Below are positions 1 through 10,350 of a stretch of DNA of 64,000 bases, one piece after another. The first letter of the stretch is position 1. Every line of letters begins with the position of its first letter. The notes under the pieces were generated by a model that was not told where the DNA came from, did not search any database, and saw only the letters and a program-made list of their open reading frames with translations. A program made the translations under genes and the position numbers. Origin of the DNA: a virus. Its lineage: Duplodnaviria > Caudoviricetes. Location of the stretch: IMG/VR virus record IMGVR_UViG_3300032234_001062, positions 13,060 through 77,059 of that record; one strand, written 5' to 3'.

Positions 1-3000
1 ACTGGTTTTGTACCAGCCAACCAATTTTTTCCATCATAACTAATTATAGTATTATTACCAACACCTATAATAATAAAAATTCCTAGTTCTGGACTCCAAG
101 CAATAGAGTCGAAATAATTTAATTGAATATTAGAAGCAACATTTGCTTTTTTCCAATTAATACCATCTGAACTATATATAAAAAATGGCTTATCATAATT
201 TTGATTTTCAACTGTCCAACCTGAAATTCTTCCTATAGCGATAAAAATTCCTAATTCTGGACTCCAAGTAGCACAATTAAATCCATATGATGTATTTTGA
301 GGATCATTCGGATTAAATTCATCTATAAACTCAAGTGATTGAGCATAATTCCAATTAACTCCATCTATACTATTAATTATTTTAAAGTTTGGATTAGATG
401 AATTAATAGAAGTAGTTTGAGTACCACTAAAAGCAACAAAAATATTTAATTCTCTACTATAAACTAAATTACCTATATTTCCCCAAAATGATGTAGTAGG
501 ATTATTTCTAGTAATCCAATTATTTGCATAATTATTATAAGGTTCTTGTAAATTATCTGGTATGTATTTTAATATCCATCCATAATCAGAAATTGATTGT
601 ATTCCTGATTGAAATGGTCCAGGAAAATTCCATGTCCATTTTGTATATTTTTTATTATTAATTTCATAGTTAGAATAATTAGAGTAATTATATCCTCTTC
701 CTGTTCCAGAATTATAAGTTGAATTATTAACAATAAATTTAGTTGAATCACTTTGAAGTCCAATTTTTATTGATTTTAAAATTATTTCTGGAAAGAAATA
801 TCCTCCAGAAATTATAAAAGAAAATGAAGGTCCACTAGTAGACCATTCATAATAAATTGATTCAATAACATATGATCCGAACGAATTATTAATTATCGAA
901 CCTATAGATGAATTAATAAAACCTTCTTTTTTAATGTTATTAATATTATTATATCCAGTATTTATGCTTGAATTAGAATATATATTTCTTATTCTAAAAG
1001 TTGTAGAGGTAGAACCAGAAGTATTTCTAGCGGTTATAGTATAAGTTATATCATTAGAATATGGTAATGTAGTTCCAGAAATATTTCCATTAATTTCATT
1101 AATAGATAAATAATTTAGTGGTAATTGAGGTGAAATAGAATAATCTATTGAATATCCATTAGTAAGAACTGGAGTAGATGAAATACTACTTCCTACAAAA
1201 GGAGTTATGGTTGAAGGAGTATAATTTAATGCTGATGGGGCTGATATGTTTAATGAATTAATTCCTGTAATATAAAAAATATTATCTTTTATAGGAAAAT
1301 AATTTATTAAATCATCTACAAGCCAAATAAATTGAGTGTTTCCATTAACATCTAATTGTTTTGTAGCATTAGAAAAAGAAAAAGTATATGAATTTAGAGT
1401 TAAAGATTGTAAAATATTTAAAGTATAATTTCCTACTACAGTAAAAATTAATTCTTTTTTATAATATAAAATTTCATTTTCTTTATAAAAAATTCTTCTT
1501 GTTGCTAATGTTAAAATGTTATTAAAAACCATTTTAGCATTATTATCGTAAAAATAATTTTTTTCTATTTTTCCACCAATAATATTTGGATTGTTATAAA
1601 AATAAGAAACATATCCTAACCATTCACCTTCTGTTGATATATCTCCTCTTAAATCTCCACCTTGAATAACTGTATTTAAAACTCTTACTGTTAAATTTAT
1701 AATTTTTTGAACAGAATTTAATGAATTTTGAACTGTAATTCTATATGCTACATTAGGTTGAACAGTGGTTGGTATTCCACTTATAAATCCATTTAATGTA
1801 TTGAAGTTTATTCCATAAGGAAAAGAATTAGAATTACTTACACCAATTATTGAATAACTAAAAGTATAATCAGTTCCTTGATTAATTATTGGATATAAAT
1901 TTATTTCATCTATTAAATCAATGATAATATTATCATTAGAATATTCTAAATTTGAAATTGATTCCATAGTATTTGAAATGTAAATACTTACATTTGAAAA
2001 AATTACTTGACTACCAGATGTTGCTAAAATTTTATATGTTTTATTACTTTGAGCAACTGTAGGGGTTCCATTAATTTCTCCAGTAAAAGAATTTAATGTA
2101 ATTCCTGTAGGTAAAGATTCATCGCAAGAAAAAATAAAATTATTTAATTCACTTAATATTGGAAAAGTATTAAAAAAGCTTCCAATTGATGTTCTTATTG
2201 AAGAGTTATAATAATTAAAAGTCAATAAATTTGAATTTTCTATTAAATCATAATAATATCTTTTTTCTAGAAAATGATTTTTTCCAGAAATTCTAGAAAC
2301 CAAAATTCTAGTATTTGTTGTACCATTACTAGATAAAATTACAAAACTTCCATACTTTCTATTCCAAATTCCAGTTGTCCATGTATTTGCATTTAATAAA
2401 TTTCTTGCTGTCCAAATATTAGAATCTGTTGAAGATAAAGAATGACCAGTAAATGCCAAAGTTGTTCCTGTACCTGTACTTGCAATTAATGCTATTAATT
2501 CTAATTCTTGACTCCAAATTATTGATTGAAAATTATTAGTTCCATTAAAAGCAACAGTAGTCCAAGTAATTCCATCTAATGAACTAATTATTTTTCCATT
2601 ATTTCCAGCTGCAATAAATGATTTTAATTTAGATGACCATATAACAGTATTAAGTCTGAAATTTATTGTAACTAGATCAGATGTAATATTAGATGATAAG
2701 AACCAAGAACTAGAAAAACTTGGATTAAAATTAGAATATGCTATTCTTCCTGATCCGTCATTAGAAACAATTACGAATCTTCTTAATTCTGGACTATATG
2801 CTATTGAATCCCATGAAACATTATTGAATATAGATGAATTTATACTTATCCAAATAACTCCATTTAAACTTATCATTACACGATTCGTACCACTACTAGC
2901 AACAGCAACAAAATATCCGTTTCCATAAGTTATTGCTTCCCAATTATTATTTTCTATCCCCGAAGTCGCAAATGAAAAATCAGTTGTTAATGTAGGTACT

Positions 3001-3371
3001 GCTTGATTAGTTCCACTAGAATATAAAACTCTCATTGATGTTGTACTACCAGACGCAGTTACTCCGACAAATCTTCCTGCCCCAAAAGTTATACCTTTCC
3101 AGTTATTAGTACCACTTGTTAATGTAATATTTGTCCATGTTTCTCCACCATTACTTGAATATACTAATGCATTTGTTCCAGTTGTTGCAGCAGTATTACT
3201 AACAGCTAACATATGACCATCACTTTCATTAATAGCAATACTAGTCCAAGGAGAATCAGCAGCTGCTTTTGTTCCTAAAGTATCAAAATAAAAACCACTA
3301 TATGTTTTAACATCATTATTATAAGTTGATTCTTGATTAGTTGGTAATGTTTGATTTAATTTAATTGGCAT
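1..3371 (-). CDS. Tail fibre / receptor-binding protein, 3'-truncated by the window edge (BNR-like beta-propeller, Ig-like repeats, second propeller)
   Basis: Not in the ORF track because it has no stop inside the window. Read manually from ATG 3371 (MPIKLNQTLPTNQESTYNNDVKTYSGFYFD...); the frame was checked open at several points down to ...GNNTIISYDGKNWLAGTKP at base 3. Repeated S.DG..W / IWS.EL motifs and LP.G...N...G.ISG.P Ig motifs. Paralogue of 3381..5513. Confidence 0.85.
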   Translation of the reverse strand, partial: MPIKLNQTLPTNQESTYNNDVKTYSGFYFDTLGTKAAADSPWTSIAINESDGHMLAVSNTAATTGTNALVYSSNGGETWTNITLTSGTNNWKGITFGAGRFVGVTASGSTTSMRVLYSSGTNQAVPTLTTDFSFATSGIENNNWEAITYGNGYFVAVASSGTNRVMISLNGVIWISINSSIFNNVSWDSIAYSPELRRFVIVSNDGSGRIAYSNFNPSFSSSWFLSSNITSDLVTINFRLNTVIWSSKLKSFIAAGNNGKIISSLDGITWTTVAFNGTNNFQSIIWSQELELIALIASTGTGTTLAFTGHSLSSTDSNIWTARNLLNANTWTTGIWNRKYGSFVILSSNGTTNTRILVSRISGKNHFLEKRYYYDLIENSNLLTFNYYNSSIRTSIGSFFNTFPILSELNNFIFSCDESLPTGITLNSFTGEINGTPTVAQSNKTYKILATSGSQVIFSNVSIYISNTMESISNLEYSNDNIIIDLIDEINLYPIINQGTDYTFSYSIIGVSNSNSFPYGINFNTLNGFISGIPTTVQPNVAYRITVQNSLNSVQKIINLTVRVLNTVIQGGDLRGDISTEGEWLGYVSYFYNNPNIIGGKIEKNYFYDNNAKMVFNNILTLATRRIFYKENEILYYKKELIFTVVGNYTLNILQSLTLNSYTFSFSNATKQLDVNGNTQFIWLVDDLINYFPIKDNIFYITGINSLNISAPSALNYTPSTITPFVGSSISSTPVLTNGYSIDYSISPQLPLNYLSINEINGNISGTTLPYSNDITYTITARNTSGSTSTTFRIRNIYSNSSINTGYNNINNIKKEGFINSSIGSIINNSFGSYVIESIYYEWSTSGPSFSFIISGGYFFPEIILKSIKIGLQSDSTKFIVNNSTYNSGTGRGYNYSNYSNYEINNKKYTKWTWNFPGPFQSGIQSISDYGWILKYIPDNLQEPYNNYANNWITRNNPTTSFWGNIGNLVYSRELNIFVAFSGTQTTSINSSNPNFKIINSIDGVNWNYAQSLEFIDEFNPNDPQNTSYGFNCATWSPELGIFIAIGRISGWTVENQNYDKPFFIYSSDGINWKKANVASNIQLNYFDSIAWSPELGIFIIIGVGNNTIISYDGKNWLAGTKP

Positions 3372-3380
3372 TTTTTAAAC

Positions 3381-5513
3381 TCACGTATTATTAATAATAA
3401 TTTCGGTTAATTCATTTTGAAAAAAATTAGGATTAAAAGATTGATTAAATTTATAAATTGTAGAATCTGTAGAAGAATCATAAAAAACTTCTGCTGTACT
3501 TTTTAAAAATATATTTCCTCTAAAAATTAATTTAGTCCAATTAATAACTGGATTACCAGTTTTTAAATCTCCTTTTATTTCTAAAATTAGAAAATTTTCA
3601 TAAGTAGTATTTGTTGATTTTCTTATTCTATAATATGTTATAATACTTTTAATTAAATTAGGAAGAAAATTGTTATTACGATCAAAAAAGAAATTTTTAG
3701 ATAATAATCCTTTATTTTTACCATAAAATTTATTACAATAAGAATTTTTAGAAATGTAACCTAAACTATAATCAAATAATTCTTCTTTTCTACCTTCTAT
3801 AATTGCACTAGAATCTATAATTTCAATTTGTTCAGCTCTTAATTTAAAATTTAAAACATTAGATGTAATTTTTATTTTAAATGTTTTATTTTTACCGATT
3901 AATGTATTACTAGCAGTTATTGTATATTCAGTTTCAGCAAAATTTGTTGATAAAGAACCACTTATAATTCCAGAATCAACATCTAATAATAAACCAGTGG
4001 GAGCTGATGGAGAAATAGAATAACTTATATTTGTACCAGAATCATAAGAAGGAACTAAAAAAATATTATTATCACTCCTATCTTTAATTAAAGACGTTTC
4101 AGAATAATTAAAATTAGTTATTTCAATTTCACTATTAGCAACAAGAATTTGTAGATCAGAGTATATTTTTCGATTATCAACTTCTGATATAGCATATATC
4201 CTATAAGTTGTTAATTCTTGAGCAACTGTAGGTGTTCCAATTATTTCTCCTGAATTTTTATCTAAAGTTAAACCTTTTGGAAAAAGATTATTTATAGCAT
4301 CCTCTATTTCATCATTAAAAATTGAAAAATTAAATCTTCTTGATTCATTTATAATTGGATATATTTTATTTGATTTACCTACTGTAGTATATAATTTAGG
4401 AATAGTATAATTAAAATTATATAGAAAATCATTTATAGGTGCTAAATAATTATTTCTTTCTAATAAAGTATTATCACCTAATGCTCTAGTTAATATAATT
4501 CTATTAGTTCCACCATTTGCTAATGAAATAAAAGTTCCAAAAAATCTATTCCAAATTATAGTGCTAAAAGTAGCATCTAACGAAGAAGTTTCTCTAAAAA
4601 TCCAATTAGTGCCATCAATAGATGTAATTACTTTTTTAGTTCCTAAAGTAGTTGAATTAGAAATTGCAACAAAGATTTCTAATTCTTGTGACCATGTAAC
4701 TGATGTTAAAGTTAAAAGTATTGTTAAAGTTGATAAAATCCAAGTTATTCCATTACTAGATGTAGCTGTTACTCCACTATTACCTACCATTACAAATATA
4801 TTTAATTTAGAACTCCAAATTACTGAATTCCATGTTCCACTAGGTAACGTAGTAGTTGCCCATGATTGACCATTATAATTTGAATATGCTCCACCAGAAT
4901 TTGTAATTGCAACAAATCTTTTTAATTTTTCACTATAAGTAATTGCTTTAAATGCTAATGAATCAGCACTATTAAAATATGACCATGTACTTCCATTCTT
5001 ACTAGTCATTACACGATTAGTACCACTACTAGCAGCAGCAACAAAATATCCATTTCCGTAAGTTATTACTTCCCAATTATTATTGTTAGTATTATTAATA
5101 TATGAAAAATCATTTGTTGTAATTGGTTTTATTTTATTAGAAAAAAATATTTTAGATACGTTAGTTGTAGTTCCACTAGATGATATTCCAACAAAAATAT
5201 CATTACCAAAAGCAACTCCTTTCCAGGCTGAATTAGAATTACTTGATGGAGTTGTACTATTATTAAAATTTATCCAAATTAATCCACCATTATCTGAGTA
5301 AGCAAAATTATTTGCTACAGTATTTGTATTATTATTACTAACAGCTATCATATGTCCAGTGGATTCATTTACTGCTATACTACTCCATGGTACAGCTGCA
5401 GATGCTGATCCAGTTATCCAATCATTAACATAAATGCCATTATATGTTTCCATATAATTATCATATAATTGTTGTAATTCAACAATGAATTTTTTATTTA
5501 GCGTTATTGGCAT
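3381..5513 (-). CDS. Tail fibre / receptor-binding protein (BNR-like beta-propeller, two putative Ig domains, C-terminal module)
   Basis: 710-aa ORF with TSKNGSTW, TSSNGITW, TSIDGTNW repeats and FPKGLTLDKNSGEIIGTP / APTGLLLDVDSGIISG Ig (He_PIG-like) motifs. Confidence 0.8.
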   Translation of the reverse strand: MPITLNKKFIVELQQLYDNYMETYNGIYVNDWITGSASAAVPWSSIAVNESTGHMIAVSNNNTNTVANNFAYSDNGGLIWINFNNSTTPSSNSNSAWKGVAFGNDIFVGISSSGTTTNVSKIFFSNKIKPITTNDFSYINNTNNNNWEVITYGNGYFVAAASSGTNRVMTSKNGSTWSYFNSADSLAFKAITYSEKLKRFVAITNSGGAYSNYNGQSWATTTLPSGTWNSVIWSSKLNIFVMVGNSGVTATSSNGITWILSTLTILLTLTSVTWSQELEIFVAISNSTTLGTKKVITSIDGTNWIFRETSSLDATFSTIIWNRFFGTFISLANGGTNRIILTRALGDNTLLERNNYLAPINDFLYNFNYTIPKLYTTVGKSNKIYPIINESRRFNFSIFNDEIEDAINNLFPKGLTLDKNSGEIIGTPTVAQELTTYRIYAISEVDNRKIYSDLQILVANSEIEITNFNYSETSLIKDRSDNNIFLVPSYDSGTNISYSISPSAPTGLLLDVDSGIISGSLSTNFAETEYTITASNTLIGKNKTFKIKITSNVLNFKLRAEQIEIIDSSAIIEGRKEELFDYSLGYISKNSYCNKFYGKNKGLLSKNFFFDRNNNFLPNLIKSIITYYRIRKSTNTTYENFLILEIKGDLKTGNPVINWTKLIFRGNIFLKSTAEVFYDSSTDSTIYKFNQSFNPNFFQNELTEIIINNT

Positions 5514-5543
5514 ATATAATATATTTAATATTTAATATGTTTT

Positions 5544-6461
5544 TTAATTATATTTTTCTATAGCATATAAAACTTTTTCTGGAGATGGGAATTTAACTTC
5601 TTGATTACTTTCACCAAAAGGTCTACAATATGCCATTGTATCTTCATTTTTTTCTACTAAATTATGATGTATAGAATATCCAAAATGTTCTGGTTTAGTA
5701 TCTCCCCAAATAACGATTGCTGATTTAACACCAGCAGACATATGTTGAAGAGAAGAATCTATGCAAATAATATAATCAGCATATTGTGATAACCAATAAT
5801 AGTTTTTATAGTGAACCGCTGGTTGCATTGTTGCAACCATTTTACCTATTTCATAAGGAATTGGTTCATTCATTAATCCATATCTAATAATTGTATGTTC
5901 TGGAAAACGATCTTTAATTTTTTTAATGAGTTGAACATAATAATCAAATGGATAATGTCTCTTAGATCCTTCATTAAAAAATGAAAACTCTTGCGCTCCA
6001 TTTTGTTCAAAATTATGAGGACTTTGACCACCATTTAATTGAATTAAAATAAATTTATTATTAGTTGATTCTTTAATTTCATTAACGACTTTATCTACAT
6101 TAAATTTTTCATTTTCACTCATAAAAATTTCTGGTTTTAAATTCATACCATTTTTAATCTCAACTTCACATAATTCTCCCCAAATTTCTAGAAGATGTTT
6201 TTCTTTTTTTATAAAAGATTGAACATCGTATGGATCAGTCATAACTATTTTAGTTGAATCTTTAAGAATTATGTTCTTATAAAAATTTTTATCCATTATA
6301 GGGTTTATTTTAGTAATGTAAGGATTACCTAAATAAAGATCAGCATAAGGAGTAGTAATATAAATATTCTGATATTTTTCTTTTATTAAAGGAAGTAAGG
6401 ATGTAAAAGATATATGTTTTCCAACACCACCATTAAGTTGTATAATAATATTGTTTTCCAT
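5544..6461 (-). CDS. GT9-like (heptosyltransferase-type, GT-B) glycosyltransferase
   Basis: 305 aa. N-terminal GGVGKHISFTSLLPLIK and C-terminal IICIDSSLQHMSAG...IVIWG resemble the GT9 GxGD and DSG..HlA motifs. Confidence 0.7.
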   Translation of the reverse strand: MENNIIIQLNGGVGKHISFTSLLPLIKEKYQNIYITTPYADLYLGNPYITKINPIMDKNFYKNIILKDSTKIVMTDPYDVQSFIKKEKHLLEIWGELCEVEIKNGMNLKPEIFMSENEKFNVDKVVNEIKESTNNKFILIQLNGGQSPHNFEQNGAQEFSFFNEGSKRHYPFDYYVQLIKKIKDRFPEHTIIRYGLMNEPIPYEIGKMVATMQPAVHYKNYYWLSQYADYIICIDSSLQHMSAGVKSAIVIWGDTKPEHFGYSIHHNLVEKNEDTMAYCRPFGESNQEVKFPSPEKVLYAIEKYN

Positions 6462-6517
6462 AATATTATTTTATAAAAAAATAGTGTGATTTAAATAATT
6501 ATATAAAAATTAAAATT

Positions 6518-8890
6518 TTATTCAATTATTAAAGGAGTTGTTGCTGGTACTCCAGTTCCAATAAAATTTCCTAAATCAAATGGAGGTGTTCCACCATTAC
6601 TACTCCAATTAGAGTATGTAGAACCATCAGTTGAATAAACTAATGAACTCCTTAAGTAAGTAACTCCATTCCAAATTATTCGTTTAAAACTAGCATTGTC
6701 ATTATTACTTGCTGAATAAGATATGGTCATTCCTATACCATAAAAAGTTGCTCCATAACTATCAACAGAAGCAATAACTGCTTTAACGATTCCGTTTCTA
6801 AAAGTAGAAGAAGCTAAACTACCACCAGAAGAAGTAGCAGAATCATCAAAACCGACAAATCCGTAACCTTCACCATCTATGTCACCACCAAGAGTCATAA
6901 TTGTATTAAGTATGACTATTCTAATCCTTATTGTTGTTGATGTACTACCAATGTTATTTGTTGCTGTTACTGTATAATTTACATCACTAGTTGTTGAAGG
7001 AGTAGTTCCACTTATTACACCAGTTGATGTATTAAAATTTAAACCTGATGGTAAAGTAGAAGAAATTGAATATGTTAAAGTTCCAGTTCCAACATTTAAT
7101 AAAGTTGGTGTATAATTTACTGTTGAAGAAATTCTTGGAGTTACATAATCAGATGAATAAAACAATCCTGATGGAGGTGATAAATTTTCTGCGGTTGGCC
7201 ATGATACTGCTGATGTAATTACATAAGTATTATATGGATATATACAATTAAAAGTATTATTAGATGATATTTGTGTTGGTTGAAGTTTATTTATAATTGT
7301 TCCATCTCCTAAATAACCAAAATTATTAAGACCCCATCCATATATTTTATAATTATCTCTTATTCCTAAAGCATAACATCCACAACTCTGAGTTGTTATA
7401 CATGTATATTTATAATCACAACATACTAATGATGGAGTATTTTGATTGGTAGTATTACCATTTCCTAATATTCCACAGCAATTACAACCCCAACCAACTA
7501 ATCTAGAATCAGATTTTCTTATTGCTAAAACTGTAGATGGTGATGTTAAAAAAGTTATCCTTGAATTACTATTACTTGTAATATCTATATATTCTCCACC
7601 ACAAACTTTAACTGGAATACAAGAGTGTGTACCTGACGAACTTATTCCTAATTGTCCTACCGTATTATCTCCCCAAGAATATAAAGACCCATCTGATAAT
7701 AATCCAAAACCATTACAGTTAGATATTATAAGTTTACAAAAATTATATCCACCAGAAATTAAAGTTGGTGAACAGCTACCAGTTAATTGACCATTTCCTA
7801 ATTTTCCACAAGTATTACTACCCCAACTATAAAATTTATTATCAGAAGTTACAGCATAAGAACTAAAATTTATACTTAAAGCATCAGTAAATAAGCAAGT
7901 TGAGCAGACAAGTGATGGAGTATATATATATTGACTAGCAGAACAATTTCCTATTGTTCCTAATCCATTAGTTCCCCAAGCATATAATCTGTTATTACTA
8001 TCAATAATATAATTAACTATATTTGCATTAAAAATATTAAGGTTTGGAATAAATTTACAAACATTTAACGCTGTTATTAAACAAGGAGTTGCTCTAACGC
8101 CAGTTCCACCATCTCCTAATAATCCAAATCCAGACACAGATGAATTATCTCCCCATCCATATAATTGTCCAGTAGTTGTTAAAGCCCAAGCAACATCTCC
8201 ACCTATCCAAGCACATCTAAAATTTAATGATGGACATATACTTATTGGAACACAAGAAGAAGTCGTCGTCCCATTCCCTAAAAGACGAGTTCCATTATAT
8301 CCCCATCCATACAATTTATTAGTTGTAGTTATACCTAAATTAGTTGCATTAAGAGTTCCCCCAATAGTGACGAAAGAATATAAAAAATTACAACACACAG
8401 CAACAGGAATACACTTATTTATTAAAGATGTATTTCCAGATTCATTATTTCCTAATTGACCATAATCATTAGAACCCCAAGAAAATAAAGTATTATTATT
8501 TGTTATTCCAATAACATGAGAGGAGGCTCCATTATTATTTATAATACATTTAAAAAAATTTCCACCACAAACTAGCGATGGTAGACATGAAAAAGAAGTT
8601 TGACTATTTGTACCTAATTGATTTTTAACATTTCCCCAAGCTAAGTTCTTATCAGTTATAGACTTACTTCTTTTTGCTAATACAAAGTTTTCATTATTTA
8701 ATCTTATATTTAAATCACTAGATTGTTCATGTGTATTATTAGATAATAAACCTATATATCTATCTCTATTATTATACCTAATATTTATTCTATTCGTTTG
8801 AGATATTCCCGGACCATTTAATTCACTAACATCATCATAATATTGGATTTCAGAGCAATTTATACTATTTTTTCTATAATTAAGTGGCAT
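6518..8890 (-). CDS. Cys-rich RCC1-repeat beta-propeller protein with Ig domain (probable receptor-binding protein)
   Basis: 790 aa. Repeated LYxWGxNxxGxLGxG RCC1 motifs, then LPSGLNFNTSTGVISGTTP (Ig). Confidence 0.85.
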   Translation of the reverse strand: MPLNYRKNSINCSEIQYYDDVSELNGPGISQTNRINIRYNNRDRYIGLLSNNTHEQSSDLNIRLNNENFVLAKRSKSITDKNLAWGNVKNQLGTNSQTSFSCLPSLVCGGNFFKCIINNNGASSHVIGITNNNTLFSWGSNDYGQLGNNESGNTSLINKCIPVAVCCNFLYSFVTIGGTLNATNLGITTTNKLYGWGYNGTRLLGNGTTTSSCVPISICPSLNFRCAWIGGDVAWALTTTGQLYGWGDNSSVSGFGLLGDGGTGVRATPCLITALNVCKFIPNLNIFNANIVNYIIDSNNRLYAWGTNGLGTIGNCSASQYIYTPSLVCSTCLFTDALSINFSSYAVTSDNKFYSWGSNTCGKLGNGQLTGSCSPTLISGGYNFCKLIISNCNGFGLLSDGSLYSWGDNTVGQLGISSSGTHSCIPVKVCGGEYIDITSNSNSRITFLTSPSTVLAIRKSDSRLVGWGCNCCGILGNGNTTNQNTPSLVCCDYKYTCITTQSCGCYALGIRDNYKIYGWGLNNFGYLGDGTIINKLQPTQISSNNTFNCIYPYNTYVITSAVSWPTAENLSPPSGLFYSSDYVTPRISSTVNYTPTLLNVGTGTLTYSISSTLPSGLNFNTSTGVISGTTPSTTSDVNYTVTATNNIGSTSTTIRIRIVILNTIMTLGGDIDGEGYGFVGFDDSATSSGGSLASSTFRNGIVKAVIASVDSYGATFYGIGMTISYSASNNDNASFKRIIWNGVTYLRSSLVYSTDGSTYSNWSSNGGTPPFDLGNFIGTGVPATTPLIIE

Positions 8891-8891
8891 T

Positions 8892-9161
8892 TTATGTTAA
8901 CCATATTGATCCATTGTTCATGTTAGTACCAGAACTTAATGGTATCGAAATAGTATTTGTAAATCTTACATTGCCATTAAAAGTATTAACATTATTAAAT
9001 GTTCCTGAACTATTAAAAGTACTTGTTCCATTAGATACATTATTATTATTAAAAATAACAGAATTATTAAAAGTTGATTGTTCATTAAAAATTATTTCTT
9101 TTAATACAGAATAATTTCCACTTGAGTTTAAATTTATTCCTCTAGATATTGATATTGGCAT
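8892..9161 (-). CDS. Small Asn-rich hypothetical virion protein
   Basis: 89-aa ORF tightly packed between neighbours, AAGGA upstream, fibre-like FNN/TFN repeats. Confidence 0.6.
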   Translation of the reverse strand: MPISISRGINLNSSGNYSVLKEIIFNEQSTFNNSVIFNNNNVSNGTSTFNSSGTFNNVNTFNGNVRFTNTISIPLSSGTNMNNGSIWLT

Positions 9162-10346
9162 TTATATTTCCTTATATATCCTTAGATTAACAGTATTTAG
9201 AGTTTTATTTTGAAAATAAACTAAATTATCTAATTTTAAATAAACATTTAATTTATTATTTGAGTTTTGCATTATAGTAACATCATCACTATTCGTATCA
9301 ACTCTAACTAATGGTTCATTTAAACCATTATTTTTTAAAGATATAGTTCCGCTTATTGTTGGATTACTGATGTCAAAAAAACGATATTGAGCAGAATCTT
9401 GAGTAAGAAATAATGATAATAAAGATATTTCACTATTAATTGTTAAAGAGTATTCTTTTCGAGTAGAATATAGATCATAACCAGTAAAAACATATTGTTT
9501 GAGATATTGAATTGTAACTTTAGAATTTAAAGGTGGAAAACCAGAAAAAGTAACTACATTATTATTAAGAGTAAAAGCATCTCCAGGTATTTGAAAAAGA
9601 CCATTAATAAAAACAGTAGTAGTATCTATAGATGTTGGTATTTGTGCTAATGTATATATATTTTGAGATCCAGTACCAGTAAAAGTTTCTCTTATAATAC
9701 TTTGATTTGTTTGAATTTTATCATCAGAAAACATTAAATTAATAAAAGCTTTAGTTCTTGAGACTGCTGTGAATAATTTAATGCTAGTTGTAAAATTAAC
9801 TATTTTGCCACTATTATTAGATGAAAGATAATAATTTTGTCCAGGAACTAATCCACTATAAGATTCACTATAATCTTTAAGTGAATTCCAATTACTTAAT
9901 GATAAATTTAATTCTCCTACTTTAATTGCTGTATAACTATTAGGAGTAGCACTTTGTTTTTTACTGATTATATATTGAGCAAAACTTTCACCTAAATTTC
10001 CATTACCTAATTCGTAATCATAAAAATTAACAGTTCCAGATGCTACAGAAGAAGTGTTAATTGATGGTACTGATATATTTAATCCACTTGATGAAATAGT
10101 AGACATATAATTATTAGATGGAACATTAATATCTGAAAAATTAAAATATAGATTTCTTGTTGTTAATCCAGATATTCCAGAAGCTGATATAATCGTTGCT
10201 GTTTTATTACCTGAGGTTCCAGCTAAGGTATAATTACCAAAACCAATCTGTTTATAATAAATTGGTGATCCTATTGCAAAATCTTGAGAAGAAATAAATC
10301 TTATCGTTGATCCTGAATTATTAGTATTAACAAATTTTAAAGCCAA
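9162..10346 (-). CDS. Tail-fibre-associated structural protein
   Basis: 394 aa, TTG start with AGGA upstream. FTGTGSQNIYTL...VFINGLFQ.P..F fibre module; C-terminal module shared with neighbours. Confidence 0.65.
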   Translation of the reverse strand: MALKFVNTNNSGSTIRFISSQDFAIGSPIYYKQIGFGNYTLAGTSGNKTATIISASGISGLTTRNLYFNFSDINVPSNNYMSTISSSGLNISVPSINTSSVASGTVNFYDYELGNGNLGESFAQYIISKKQSATPNSYTAIKVGELNLSLSNWNSLKDYSESYSGLVPGQNYYLSSNNSGKIVNFTTSIKLFTAVSRTKAFINLMFSDDKIQTNQSIIRETFTGTGSQNIYTLAQIPTSIDTTTVFINGLFQIPGDAFTLNNNVVTFSGFPPLNSKVTIQYLKQYVFTGYDLYSTRKEYSLTINSEISLLSLFLTQDSAQYRFFDISNPTISGTISLKNNGLNEPLVRVDTNSDDVTIMQNSNNKLNVYLKLDNLVYFQNKTLNTVNLRIYKEI

Positions 10347-10350
10347 TGTT

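Noticed and set aside
569-763. 64-aa ORF from the track
   Set aside because: Alternative frame inside the real, edge-truncated CDS 1..3371.
2881-5084. Near-identical stretches in the two fibre paralogues as a DGR template/variable repeat pair
   Set aside because: Both copies are coding and internal, differences are not adenine-specific, and no reverse transcriptase is in the window.
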